From assembly GCA_965372715.1 (NCBI GenBank), contig CBDVDH010000005.1:1-64000 (forward strand): 64,000 nt of DNA, written 5' to 3'. Below the pieces are notes generated by a model. That model had not been told where the DNA came from. It worked only from the letters and a program-made list of their open reading frames with translations, and did no database searches. This document shows, piece after piece, positions 20,830 through 30,608 of this stretch. The position numbers and the translations under genes were made by a program. Within the stretch, counting starts at the first letter, position 1; each line of letters starts with the position of its first letter. The DNA comes from an uncultured bacterium (GTDB lineage: Bacteria > B130-G9).

Positions 20830-21435
20830 CTAGTCCTCCGGCTTGGGGGGGAACTCGACGCCGACGCCCACGTCGCTATGTCGGCCGCCGCCGGCTGTGT
20901 CGCTGTGGTGCAGACCTGCGAGGCCCTGTATGTCCTTCCAGTATTCCTTCAGAAAGGACGGCGATTTCGAGGCTAGGCCAACGAGCGCCTCGGCCGCGGC
21001 CGTGCGATGCCTCAGAAAAGTCCTCTCGCGGAAGCCATGAACCTGCCTCAGGCCGTAAATGAGCGCCGTAACCGCGCGAGGGTCGCCGCACGAGGCGAGG
21101 CTGTCAATATCATGCTTCTCGCCTCTGACCACCTGCTGCCACGAACGCTCCCCCAAACTCGCAAGGCCACTAGCGGCATATTGCCGAACCGTGCTCGATT
21201 CGTCGCCCAAAAGCTCAATGAGCGGTTCAATTGCTCCACGAGCTTTCAGCAGACCCAGGCTCTTTGCTGCGGCCCGACGGACCTCGTAGGCTGGGTCCTT
21301 CAACGCTCCAAGCAGCCCGTCGATTGCATCTTTGTCGTCGATTTCAGCTAGCGCCCTGGCCGCCGCCTCCCGTTTCTTCCAGTTGTCGCTGGCCAGATTC
21401 CGCAGATGCCAGTTCAGTCTGGCCCGCTCAAACAT
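20830..21435 (-). CDS. HEAT/PBS-lyase repeat protein
   Basis: Repeated L-x-D...VR-x-AA-x-LG motifs. Confidence 0.85.
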   Translation of the reverse strand: MFERARLNWHLRNLASDNWKKREAAARALAEIDDKDAIDGLLGALKDPAYEVRRAAAKSLGLLKARGAIEPLIELLGDESSTVRQYAASGLASLGERSWQQVVRGEKHDIDSLASCGDPRAVTALIYGLRQVHGFRERTFLRHRTAAAEALVGLASKSPSFLKEYWKDIQGLAGLHHSDTAGGGRHSDVGVGVEFPPKPED

Positions 21436-21531
21436 AATTCCACTTAGCTCCCTATCAGAATGTAGTTTCCCACCGTGCCCGCCACGTCAAAACCAGACAT
21501 TTGGCAACTTATCACCTCGTCTGCCCTGTTT

Positions 21532-22776
21532 TCAAGTCCCACGCCGGGAGCGCGTTCCGCGTTCGAGAATCTCGCTCAGCGGTCCTTTCATGAGGAGAGG
21601 ATGAGGCGCAGTAGGAAACGGATGCGACACAATCGCGTTTATGTTCTCTTCGGACCTCATTTCGGACACGAGGCGCCCCTTGATGTTGTCAAAGATGCTG
21701 CGATATGCCTGGCAATAGGGGTCCTTGACGCGGGCTGTCTCCCTGCTCGACCATGCGTTGTACGCGCATCCGCCCAAGCAGTATTCAAGGTGGGTGCATT
21801 CCGCGCACAGGTCGCGAACTCTCGCCTGCCTTTCAGCCATGCGTTGAGCGATGAGGCTGTTCAGCAGCAGTGAGAGCGTCGGCTGATCGGAGAGAGCGCC
21901 AAGACGATAGGCCGGGATGCCGCAGAAGCGCTGGCACGGGTAGATGTCTCCGTTCGGGTCGATGGCGAGGAACATGCCGAGACAGTCGCGGAACGTGCAC
22001 AGTTTGTTCTCGCCGAACGCTACCGCCTGGCACATCTCGTCCAGCGAGGGAATGACCATCTCCCGGCGGTGTTCGACATAGAACTCTAGCATACCTAGCA
22101 GCAATTCGGCCAGACGCTTGGGATTGAGCAAACATAACGCATCATTAGTAGCCATTCGAGGAACCGAGGGCTGGATAGAGAAGCTCAATCGCTCGGCGAG
22201 AAAAAACTGGGCAACCTCGCGCCAGCGTGACGCGCGTGCCGGTGTGAATGTCGCGATACAGCCAACGCGTAGCCCGCCTCGCCTCGCCATCTCGATCCCC
22301 TGCATTGTCCGAGCGAAATAGCCATCGCCGCGCTGGGCGTCCGTTATCTCCTCGGGCCCGTCGAGGCTGGTGCCGATCTCGACACCATGTCGCAAGAATA
22401 GCTGGCAGAACTCATCGTCCAGCAGCCAAAGATTGCTCTGCAAGCCCACTTCGTATCCGCCCCGACCAAACCTCGCATCAAGGCCTTCCAACGCCCGACG
22501 TAGAAGTTCGTGCCCCGCCGTCAACGGCTCGCCGCCATGAAACGTGACCTTGACGCTCCGTTGGCCTGTCTCGGTTACGATCTTAGCGACAAGGTCCAGG
22601 GCGTCCTCCATTGTGCCGGGCGGCATACAGGGGCCGTCACGCGAGCCGAAGCAGTAGGTGCATTCGGCTGGGCACTGAAGCGACGACACGAGCATGAATT
22701 GCGGCCGGGGCGTCGTCTCAGACCCGCCCGTTCTATTGATTACCGGTTCATCCCCCCTATATGCTATTGGATCCAT
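21532..22776 (-). CDS. Radical SAM/SPASM-domain protein (peptide/protein maturase type)
   Basis: CPAECTYC, FHGGEPL, SLDGP; SPASM C-x4-C...GDIYPC...CAECTHLEYCLGGC...C. Start may be the downstream ATG (MLVSSLQC). Confidence 0.9.
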   Translation of the reverse strand: MDPIAYRGDEPVINRTGGSETTPRPQFMLVSSLQCPAECTYCFGSRDGPCMPPGTMEDALDLVAKIVTETGQRSVKVTFHGGEPLTAGHELLRRALEGLDARFGRGGYEVGLQSNLWLLDDEFCQLFLRHGVEIGTSLDGPEEITDAQRGDGYFARTMQGIEMARRGGLRVGCIATFTPARASRWREVAQFFLAERLSFSIQPSVPRMATNDALCLLNPKRLAELLLGMLEFYVEHRREMVIPSLDEMCQAVAFGENKLCTFRDCLGMFLAIDPNGDIYPCQRFCGIPAYRLGALSDQPTLSLLLNSLIAQRMAERQARVRDLCAECTHLEYCLGGCAYNAWSSRETARVKDPYCQAYRSIFDNIKGRLVSEMRSEENINAIVSHPFPTAPHPLLMKGPLSEILERGTRSRRGT

Positions 22777-22906
22777 AACAGCGGGCGGGTCTAAGACCGC
22801 GCCCCTACAGGCCAGCGGCCCATTTGTGCTGCAGCAGCATGTTCACTCCCTTTTTCCTTTTCTCCGTTTTTCCTTTTCTCCCATTTCCGTCCTGCGGAAA
22901 GCCCTC

Positions 22907-22965
22907 TTGACATTCATTCACAAAAAGCCCAGATTCCTAAGTGATAGAGTATCTTTTTGGATGAA
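22907..22965 (+). promoter_or_regulatory. Promoter with overlapping imperfect inverted repeat (operator-like)
   Basis: TTGACA at 22907; TTCATTCACAAAAAG (22913) versus CTTTTTGGATGAA (22953). Confidence 0.5.
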
Positions 22966-22993
22966 ATACACCAAGCCTGAAAGGAGGTGCGTT

Positions 22994-23065
22994 ATGGAAC
23001 GTGTGGATATCGTGGAGGTATTGCTCGTTGGAATGCCGCGCCTCACGTGGGTTTGGGTCCGATAG
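22994..23065 (+). CDS. 23-aa peptide MERVDIVEVLLVGMPRLTWVWVR (leader peptide or RiPP precursor)
   Basis: Full Shine-Dalgarno AAGGAGGT 5 nt upstream of ATG; downstream of a TTGACA promoter. Confidence 0.7.
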   Translation: MERVDIVEVLLVGMPRLTWVWVR

Positions 23066-23398
23066 CTCGATCTGATCTCCTTTCCTTGATCCATCGATTC
23101 TGACCTCGGAAAGCCTCGTTCGCGTTCCTGCCCAATGGGCAGCTTGCTCTTGGGAGCGCCTTGATTCGGCCGATTTGACCCCTTCTAGCGTTTAGCGGAG
23201 GGTGCGGCGCCGTTGTCCATAATCCTTCAGCCATGAGCAATCCCAACGCGCGTGAGCGCATCGAGGGTCGAAACAGCGCTTGCGATCGGGCAAAACTCAA
23301 ATGGACCGAACGCTGTGCCGAGCATGTGCGGTGAATCATCAATCTGGAATTCGCCGTTCGGTCCGCCGTTCGGGGAACCTCCACTGGCGCTCCGGCTT

Positions 23399-23440
23399 GA
23401 AACCTGAAACTTGGAACTTGGAACTTGAAACCTGAAACTG
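23399..23440. repeat. Heptamer tandem repeat (GAAACCT/GAAACTT/GGAACTT)
   Basis: gaaacct gaaactt ggaactt ggaactt gaaacct gaaactg. Confidence 0.8.
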
Positions 23441-23456
23441 ATCAAGGGAGACAACG

Positions 23457-24248
23457 TTGAGTATATCGAAAGAACTGTTAGCGGAGATGTTGAAGTGTGA
23501 GGAGTTCCCGCGCTCTGCGAATTATGACCCCGTGTGGGTCGTCGAGAACCAGATGGGACCGAGTGCGCTGTGGCTGACTGAGTGGCTATGCCGCGACATG
23601 AAGCTGGAACCGGGCATGCGCGTGCTCGACATGGGCTGTGGCAAGGCGCTGAGTTCGATCTTTCTGGCAAGAGAATTCGGCGTTCAGGTGTGGGCCAACG
23701 ATCTTTGGATCGCAGCGAGCGACAACTGGAAACGCATACAGGAAGCTGGCCTTGAGAAGCAGGTTTTCCCCATCCATGCGGAGGCACGCTCGCTGCCGTT
23801 CGCCGAGGGGTTCTTCGACGCAATCTTGAGCCTCGACTCGTATCACTACTACGGCACGGATGATCTGTATCTGATCTACTTGTCCAAGTTTGTGAGGCCG
23901 GGTGGGCAGATCGGCATCGTGGTGCCTGGGCTGATGCGTGAGTTCGAGGGCGCTGTGCCAGAGCACCTTGCCCGAAAGCAGAAGAGCGGCGGCGTGTTCT
24001 GGGCTGAGGACTGCTGGAGCATCCATACGCTAGCGTTCTGGCAGAACCTCTGGGGCCACAGCAGCCGGGTGGATGTGGAAGTTGCCGACACGCTGCCGGG
24101 TGGGTGCCGGCTTTGGCTCCAGTGGGATAGGGCGATCGACGCTGCCGGAGCGAGTCATTTCCCGTCCGACGTCGAGGCGCTGGAGGCGGATGGCGGGAAA
24201 TACATCGGCTTCGTTCGGATGATAGCGAGGCGGAGGGAGGTAAAGTGA
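23457..24248 (+). CDS. Class I SAM-dependent methyltransferase
   Basis: RVLDMGCGKA, HAEARSLPF, FFDAI motifs; RBS AAGGGAG. Confidence 0.9.
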   Translation: MSISKELLAEMLKCEEFPRSANYDPVWVVENQMGPSALWLTEWLCRDMKLEPGMRVLDMGCGKALSSIFLAREFGVQVWANDLWIAASDNWKRIQEAGLEKQVFPIHAEARSLPFAEGFFDAILSLDSYHYYGTDDLYLIYLSKFVRPGGQIGIVVPGLMREFEGAVPEHLARKQKSGGVFWAEDCWSIHTLAFWQNLWGHSSRVDVEVADTLPGGCRLWLQWDRAIDAAGASHFPSDVEALEADGGKYIGFVRMIARRREVK

Positions 24249-25238
24249 TTGAATGAGGCAATTGAGACGGCCGCCACGACTGACGTCATGCGAAGGGGGC
24301 GTGTCTTCAGAAAGTCGGTAGGGACATATTTTGTGAACGTTGACGGCAAAACCGTCGTGTGCAGCATCTCGAACAGGTTGCGGAAGCAGCTGATCTATCC
24401 GCTAGCCGATCCATCGTCCAGAAGGCCCAGAGTTGATGCCGTGAGGGGCATACGGATGGTCGATCCCGTGGCGATTGGCGACGTGGTCTCGTTCGTCAAT
24501 GCTGACGACGGAACAGGCGTGATCAAGGAGGTCCTTCCGCGAAAGAACAAGTTCAGCAGAAGGGCGCCCGGAGACAAAGTGCTTGAGCAGGTTGTCGTCG
24601 CGAATGTCGATCGAATAATCGCGGTCGTTGCGGCTGCCCAACCCTCGCCCAAGTGGAATATGCTCGATCGCTACCTCATTGATGCTGAATCGGCCGAGCT
24701 CGACATCATCATCTGCGTTACGAAAATGGACCTGGCTGACGGGGACCGCCTCGAAGACGAGCTGCGAGTGTTTGAGAAGATCAACTACAGAGTGGTGCGC
24801 ACGTGTGCGTTGACCGGGGAGGGCATGGATGAGTTCAAGGACATCCTAAAGGGGAAGGTTTCTGTCTTAGTGGGGAAATCCGGCGTGGGCAAGACGACGC
24901 TGCTAAATGCGGTCCAGCCTGAGCTCGGCCTGCGTGTGAAGGAAGTGAGCAAGAGCACTAATAAGGGCAAGCATACGACGAGTCACCTCGAGATGTTCGC
25001 GCTCGACCTCGGCGGCAGCGTGATCGATACGCCAGGGATGCGCGAGTTCGGCCTCTATGGCGACTCGGGCGTCGAGCTCGCCTCGCTCTTCCGTGAGATG
25101 CGACCGTTCCTCGGTCAGTGCCGCTTTGGCGCAAGCTGCTCCCACACGCACGAGCCTGATTGCGCAATCAAAGAGGCCGTCGAGGCAGGGCACATCTCCG
25201 AGCGCCGCTACAAGAGCTTCGTCCGGATGAGGCGCTGA
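24249..25238 (+). CDS. rsgA: Ribosome small subunit-dependent GTPase A
   Basis: VANVD, TKMD, GKSGVGKT, GKHTT, DTPG, CRF-x3-C-x-H-x-x-EP-x-C zinc site. Confidence 0.93.
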   Translation: MNEAIETAATTDVMRRGRVFRKSVGTYFVNVDGKTVVCSISNRLRKQLIYPLADPSSRRPRVDAVRGIRMVDPVAIGDVVSFVNADDGTGVIKEVLPRKNKFSRRAPGDKVLEQVVVANVDRIIAVVAAAQPSPKWNMLDRYLIDAESAELDIIICVTKMDLADGDRLEDELRVFEKINYRVVRTCALTGEGMDEFKDILKGKVSVLVGKSGVGKTTLLNAVQPELGLRVKEVSKSTNKGKHTTSHLEMFALDLGGSVIDTPGMREFGLYGDSGVELASLFREMRPFLGQCRFGASCSHTHEPDCAIKEAVEAGHISERRYKSFVRMRR

Positions 25239-25342
25239 TTCTGGCCGACCCCACGGCGTGGCCTCGCCGAGGTTATCCCGAACGCCAAGAAGAAGGATGA
25301 GCCGGCCGTGGGGCACCTTGAGGGCGGGCTGGCGCTTCTCAA

Positions 25343-25570
25343 TCCCTGAAAGGGATAGACACGAGTAACCGTAGGTTTCAACCTACGGAATAAGGACGGC
25401 GAAAAAAGAAAAACCGCCCTGAAGGGGCGCCACAAGGCCAATTCGGCGGGTGTTCGATCCACCGTCGCCCTGCTGTGGCGGACAAGCCTCTTTAGGGTCG
25501 AGGACTCGTGAGGGCTACCGATTCCCCGCGTTTCACACGGGGCTACCCATGTTATCCCCTTTCAGGGGAT
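25343..25570. repeat. ~230-bp multi-hairpin REP/MITE-like element
   Basis: Terminal inverted TCCCTGAAAGGGATA / TATCCCCTTTCAGGGGA; internal CCGTAGGTTTCAACCTACGG hairpin. Confidence 0.75.
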
Positions 25571-25581
25571 CGGGCGAACCT

Positions 25582-25749
25582 TTAGGACCTCCCCCCAAAC
25601 CTCTCGATGTGAAATCGGATGGCCGATTGCACGTCCTTGAGCGCCTCATCGTATGTGTCGCCCTGCCCCACGACCACGCCCTTGATGCCGAGAGGATATG
25701 CGACGTATCCGTCCGGGTGCTTTTCTACAATGATCTTTATACCTCTCAC
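25582..25749 (-). CDS. hicB: HicB-family antitoxin (55 aa, not in ORF track)
   Basis: Manual translation MRGIKIIVEKHPDGYVAYPLGIKGVVVGQGDTYDEALKDVQSAIRFHIERFGGRS; RBS AGGAG. Confidence 0.75.
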   Translation of the reverse strand: MRGIKIIVEKHPDGYVAYPLGIKGVVVGQGDTYDEALKDVQSAIRFHIERFGGRS

Positions 25750-25877
25750 GTCCCACTCCTGAGCATTGCTCGATTAGTTTCATCTCGTGGTGAAAGAACC
25801 CACAAACGCCCCAATCGCAGTATCCAGAATTGACAGGGAAAGAGCAAGTTTACCTTTTCCGCCACAATCATCTAATC

Positions 25878-25905
25878 TTGACAGACGATGACGATCATAT
25901 ATAAT
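25878..25905 (+). promoter_or_regulatory. Consensus sigma-70 promoter of the DUF4062 gene
   Basis: TTGACA-N16-TATAAT. Confidence 0.7.
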
Positions 25906-25963
25906 AACATACGCTATTCACGACTTGAGATACAACGTAATCACATCCGGGAAGGACCATGAC

Positions 25964-26959
25964 ATGGCTGACACCGACCCCATCATTTTCATTGCATCAA
26001 CATGCTACGATCTAGCCGACATTAGGGCGGAGCTCAGAGCAGACCTCGAGAAGGACGGCTTTGTTGTGAAACTCTCTGAGGATCCGGATTCCGCCTTCTG
26101 TGTGGAACCGACGATCAATTCAATAGAGACCTGCCTGGAGAATGTCCGAAGCAGTAGGACGGTTCTTCTGATACTCGACCGTCGATATGGACCCGAACTC
26201 GGAGGTCGATATGGCGAGAAGTCTGCTACACATGTTGAATTCGAGACTGCGGTGGATAAGGACCTTGGTGTTTTCACTTTCATTCGAGAGCAGACTCATA
26301 TGGAATGGGAACAGTGGCGACGGAATCCCGAAGGCTTCAAATCCATCTGGGTTGAGGGAGATAGCTATAGGAGATTATTCGAGTTCATCAACCATGTCCG
26401 CGATCTGCATAATCGGCAAGAACGCAGCAACTGGGTGGACCCATTTAAGAATAGCGTTGAGCTTCGCAGAATCGCGCTAACAAGGCTATATAGTCGCCAT
26501 AAGGCATATGCGAACGCAAGAGCCAAGACGCGCGAGCGGATCGTAAGACTGACTTTCGGCAATGTGAAAGTTGAGGGAGTGTCCGCCGACCATGCAAAAC
26601 TGCGTATCGGATCGCTTCGGAACGCTGGATTGAATGTGGCCGAGGGCGTTGAGCTTTTCCTGATGGATGGGTCCCAACGTGTTGCTGAGGCTTATGCCGT
26701 TGCGGGGAAGAGGGTGCAAACGCCGTGTTACTTTGAAGTGCTAGCACTAGAAGAAGCGAAAAAAGACATTCAATTCTCCATTCCCGTCCGGAACGCTGGC
26801 GGCAAACCCGAATACAGGTACCAGGATTTGAGGATTGTCTGTGAGTATCGAAATCTATGGCAAGACAAGTATCTGGTTTGGGCCCCTCTTCACAAGACGA
26901 ACTCGAGTCCTCCGTACTCGAAAGGAAGAGAGGAGCTCGAGGTTGTGATAACAGACTGA
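25964..26959 (+). CDS. DUF4062 domain protein
   Basis: IFIASTCYDL-x-x-IR, CLENV, ILDRRYG, SATHVEF-x-x-A motifs; unknown C-terminus. Confidence 0.85.
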   Translation: MADTDPIIFIASTCYDLADIRAELRADLEKDGFVVKLSEDPDSAFCVEPTINSIETCLENVRSSRTVLLILDRRYGPELGGRYGEKSATHVEFETAVDKDLGVFTFIREQTHMEWEQWRRNPEGFKSIWVEGDSYRRLFEFINHVRDLHNRQERSNWVDPFKNSVELRRIALTRLYSRHKAYANARAKTRERIVRLTFGNVKVEGVSADHAKLRIGSLRNAGLNVAEGVELFLMDGSQRVAEAYAVAGKRVQTPCYFEVLALEEAKKDIQFSIPVRNAGGKPEYRYQDLRIVCEYRNLWQDKYLVWAPLHKTNSSPPYSKGREELEVVITD

Positions 26960-27009
26960 CAGGCCTTACCCCTTCGGCAGCAGGCCGTATTTGGGGTGGG
27001 GATCTCATC

Positions 27010-27120
27010 GGCTTTGCTTCCCGGCTTCCCGAATATGTGATGGCTACCTCTTATCCTCAATAGCTGCTACCCATGGGCCTCCAGAAGCCTGGCTAACTCC
27101 CTTCCGGATAGGGATTTCAT
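27010..27120 (-). pseudogene. hicA: HicA toxin remnant (nonsense codon and 3' truncation)
   Basis: ATG overlapping the hicB stop; MKSLSGRELARLLEAHG[TAG]QLLRIRGSHHIFGKPGS, with the HicA GSH motif. Confidence 0.8.
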
Positions 27121-27320
27121 ACTGCCAGTTCTAGCACCTGAGAATGCGGCTCTTCAGAAGGCGTTTCAACATCCACAGACAAACATCCCTCAATCGCCTC
27201 GCGGAGGTTGGTCATCAGCTCATCCATCGTCTCGCCCTGCGTGGCGCAGCCAGGGATTGCCGGAACTTCAGCCCAGAAGCCGCCTTCCTCCGCCTCGCGC
27301 ACAATCACCTTGATCTTCAC
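27117..27320 (-). CDS. hicB: HicB-family antitoxin
   Basis: EAEEGGFWAEVPAIPGCATQGET...NLREAI. Confidence 0.92.
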   Translation of the reverse strand: MKIKVIVREAEEGGFWAEVPAIPGCATQGETMDELMTNLREAIEGCLSVDVETPSEEPHSQVLELAV

Positions 27321-27390
27321 CGTCTTATCTCCTTCGCGATGTTCCGAAACACTGAAAGAATCATAGCCTGTTGACGCCTGTTTTCAATCT

Positions 27391-28911
27391 CTACACAATC
27401 AACAACAAGCTACTCAGCGGCAGTGCGACGATGCGGGGGTCGGGGATCTCGACGTCGTCGAGCATCGTGACGAGAATCCCGAATGGCGCGTTATAGATAG
27501 GTCTCTTCATGAAGGCTTTTAAGCCCAATGTGTCCTTGTGAGGGTCGATCGTTCTGCGGTACTTGACCTCCAGCGGGATTCGCATCGCGCCGATCGTGAG
27601 TATGAAGTCGATTTCAGGGTCTGATGCGCCGCGTATCGGGTAGTGAGTTAGCCCGAGGCCTATTATGCCTCCCAAGTAGTAACCGACGATGCTCTCTGCG
27701 ATGTGACCGGCGATGTCGGACAGATGAGGACTTTGCTCGAGCTCTTGCGGATCGAGCGGAATGACCTCTTGAAGCCAGCTTGCGCGCAAGGCGTGATCGC
27801 AGAGACATATCTTGGGCCCGCCCTTTCTGCTTCGGGTGCGCATCGTCAGCGAGGGGACAAGTCGGAGAAGGAGCGAGCGGTCGAGGAACTCCAGATGTGC
27901 CAGAGCTCGCTCCGCATCGACGTTGGTTTTCAGGGCCTGGCTGATCCTTTTGACGAACGTCGTCGGGCCGGGTGTCTGGCCGGCGTAAGTGCATGCCAGG
28001 CGAAACACCTCTTCCAGCTGCCGATGGTCCAGCGGGCCGAGAGTGCGGTCGAAGCTCAAGTCGTGCTGCAGAACGCGTCGAACAATCGTCTCGTTGAGGT
28101 ATTCGGCCATCTCCGGCCAGGGTGTATTGAAGTTCACCAGCGATTCCGGGTAGCCACCGCGCTCGGAGAAGTCGGAGAATGCTAAGTCGCGAATCTCCCT
28201 ATGGGTGCGCCCATGCTCGATGGCCTGTTCCCAGAATTCGACCTTCATGAGCTCTGCTATGCCGTTATCAGGCATCAACGGCGGAATGGCGCCATGGCCC
28301 CTGAGTTCGGCTATCTCGCGAAGCGAAAGCGTGCCTAGATCGAGGGTCGCTATCCGACCGGCGAGGCTTTCGCGGCCCATCTCGATTCGAAGAGCCGAGC
28401 TCCCCGTGATCAGAACTCGCACGCCGAAATGATCGACAATTGCCTTCAGTTGTCCTGACCACTTGTTCAGGTTCTGCACTTCGTCGAAGAACAGATACGC
28501 CCGCTTCCCATCCCGTGCGGCTTCGTTGAATGTGCAGCCCAGAATATGGTCCTCATACCACATGCAGAGGGTCAGGATCACATTTGCAATGCCCTCAATG
28601 CTCACACCCGGCTCACTCTCGATGTCATCGAACTGCACTCGGAAAATCCGCCTTCCCTCGAAGCCGTCTTCCTTCAGTAGCTCGTGAATAACCTGCTCCT
28701 GAATGGTCGTCTTGCCCACTCGCCGCGGTCCGCGCAAAGCGACAATTGGCGCGATGCCGTTCTCCAGACGTCGCTTCACGGAGCGCAAGGCGGCCCTTCT
28801 GAATGCCGGCACCGGTTGTGCCGGCTTCCCCTCCCACCATGGATTACTCTTGCGCAAGAAGTCATCCAAGGACGGAGGTAGTCTCTCCTTCTCACGCGCA
28901 CCTATCATCAC
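27391..28911 (-). CDS. AAA_14/DUF4143-type ATP-binding protein
   Basis: NPWW, GPRRVGKT, FFDEVQ, TGSS, ESLAGR, C-terminal EIDF...PLEVKY. Confidence 0.88.
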   Translation of the reverse strand: MMIGAREKERLPPSLDDFLRKSNPWWEGKPAQPVPAFRRAALRSVKRRLENGIAPIVALRGPRRVGKTTIQEQVIHELLKEDGFEGRRIFRVQFDDIESEPGVSIEGIANVILTLCMWYEDHILGCTFNEAARDGKRAYLFFDEVQNLNKWSGQLKAIVDHFGVRVLITGSSALRIEMGRESLAGRIATLDLGTLSLREIAELRGHGAIPPLMPDNGIAELMKVEFWEQAIEHGRTHREIRDLAFSDFSERGGYPESLVNFNTPWPEMAEYLNETIVRRVLQHDLSFDRTLGPLDHRQLEEVFRLACTYAGQTPGPTTFVKRISQALKTNVDAERALAHLEFLDRSLLLRLVPSLTMRTRSRKGGPKICLCDHALRASWLQEVIPLDPQELEQSPHLSDIAGHIAESIVGYYLGGIIGLGLTHYPIRGASDPEIDFILTIGAMRIPLEVKYRRTIDPHKDTLGLKAFMKRPIYNAPFGILVTMLDDVEIPDPRIVALPLSSLLLIV

Positions 28912-29064
28912 GTTGCCTCGATATGTGAATTTGCGATCCAGCCCGCAGTTCTCTCTGGGTTGATTTCAGAAATGAATATACAGAATGGCACCCGATGCGC
29001 CAAATAGCCGCGTCTGATTAAGCAGGTCTCTCAGGCCGCGGGTGCTTAAACCAGCGGCCCCGGC

Positions 29065-30492
29065 CTACACGTGCTCGATGTCGGTGTGGTTGGAGATCTC
29101 GGAGTTAGTGGTGCAGATGTCGAGCATCGAGAGCTTGTGGACGTCGTCATTGCCCGTCAGTCTGGCGAAGGTCTTTAGCTCGTCAGTTGATGCCTTGAGG
29201 AAGTTCCATAGGCGCCTGGCGGATTCGTCGATGTCGAGGCGCTGCGTTAGGTTTGGGTCGTGGGTCGTTACGCCGACAGGGCATTTGCCCGTTCCGCAGA
29301 TTCTGTGCTGCTGACAGCCACACGCCATCAACGCTGCCGTCCCGATGGCCACGGCGTCCGCGCCTAAGGCAATCGCCTTCGCAAAGTCCGAGGAGATGCG
29401 CAGGCTGCCGGTTATGAGCAGTGAGACGTCTCTGGCGCCCTTCTCGTCGAGGAACTTCCTCGCTCGATGCAGGGCGAATATGCACGGAATCGACGTTGAA
29501 TCCTTCACGAACTTCGGAGCGGAACCCGTCGCGCCGGCCCGCCCATCGATTGTAATGAAGTCCGGCTCCGCATAGAGCGCGACCTCCAAGTCCGCCTCAA
29601 TGTTCCCGGCGGCAAACTTGATCCCAATCGGCCTACCTCCAGACTGCTCCCTGAGATGATTGACCTTCTTCCTCAGGTCATCCCTGTTTCTTATGTCTCT
29701 GAAACGTGACGGACTTACGATATCAGCGCCCTCCGGCCGCCCCCTTATCGCCGCGATCTCACGCGTCACCTTTGCAGCAGGCAGATGGCCGCCCATGCCC
29801 GGCTTGGCGGATTGGCCTATCTTGATCTCGATTGCGTCGGCTCTCTTCAGGTTCTCATCCGTTACACTGTATTCATTCGGCACGTACTCGAAGATGAACC
29901 TGTAGGCGTTATCTATCGATTCCGGCAATATCCCACCCTCGCCTGAGCACATGGCTGTCTGCACGGCCGCGCTGCCCTTTGCGAGCGCTGTTATGACCCG
30001 CTTGGACAGCGCTCCAAAGGACATGTGGGTGACGTAAATGGGCGTCTCGATTACGAGTGGTTTCTTTGCCCTTGGCCCAATTGTCGTCTTGGCGTTGACG
30101 AGGTCATCATCGTTCAGAGGGATCCTAGCGAGCTGGGCGCCCTTTATCAAAATGTCATCCCACGAGACGCCCGGCTTCTTCGACCTCATCGGCTCGTGTA
30201 TGGACTCGCCCGTTCTCGCTATCTCGTGGATATCGGCCATGTAGATCTCTAGCTCATCAGAAGGTCTCTGCCATTCGGAGAGATACTCGTCCGAGCCAAT
30301 CTCACCCGGCCGCTGCGCCTCACTCTTCACTTCAGACTCTTGCCGCGCCGATTCCTGCCCACGAGGTCTAAAATAAGGCTTGGGGGATTCGCAGATGGGG
30401 CATGCCCAATCCGTCGGCAATTCATGCCACTTCTTGCCTTCTTTCTCTTCGTCAAAGATATGCCCACAAACGCTGCATTCATAGATTGTCAT
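29065..30492 (-). CDS. Rubredoxin-fused FMN-binding glutamate synthase family protein
   Basis: CSVCG...WACPIC rubredoxin; MSFGALS, SGEGG, EIKIGQSAKPG, C-x5-C-x4-CPVG. Confidence 0.92.
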   Translation of the reverse strand: MTIYECSVCGHIFDEEKEGKKWHELPTDWACPICESPKPYFRPRGQESARQESEVKSEAQRPGEIGSDEYLSEWQRPSDELEIYMADIHEIARTGESIHEPMRSKKPGVSWDDILIKGAQLARIPLNDDDLVNAKTTIGPRAKKPLVIETPIYVTHMSFGALSKRVITALAKGSAAVQTAMCSGEGGILPESIDNAYRFIFEYVPNEYSVTDENLKRADAIEIKIGQSAKPGMGGHLPAAKVTREIAAIRGRPEGADIVSPSRFRDIRNRDDLRKKVNHLREQSGGRPIGIKFAAGNIEADLEVALYAEPDFITIDGRAGATGSAPKFVKDSTSIPCIFALHRARKFLDEKGARDVSLLITGSLRISSDFAKAIALGADAVAIGTAALMACGCQQHRICGTGKCPVGVTTHDPNLTQRLDIDESARRLWNFLKASTDELKTFARLTGNDDVHKLSMLDICTTNSEISNHTDIEHV

Positions 30493-30608
30493 CTTCTCGT
30501 CCCATAATAATATCCGAGCCCACCCGCCACGTGCGCCGCCCTTTTTCCGGCGCCGGGATTCAGACTGTCGTCAGGTAAAGACGCGCGCGGGCCAAGATAG
30601 TGATAGTG

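Noticed and set aside
23227-24261. 344-aa minus-strand ORF
   Set aside because: Antisense to the methyltransferase and runs through a heptamer repeat; low-complexity translation.
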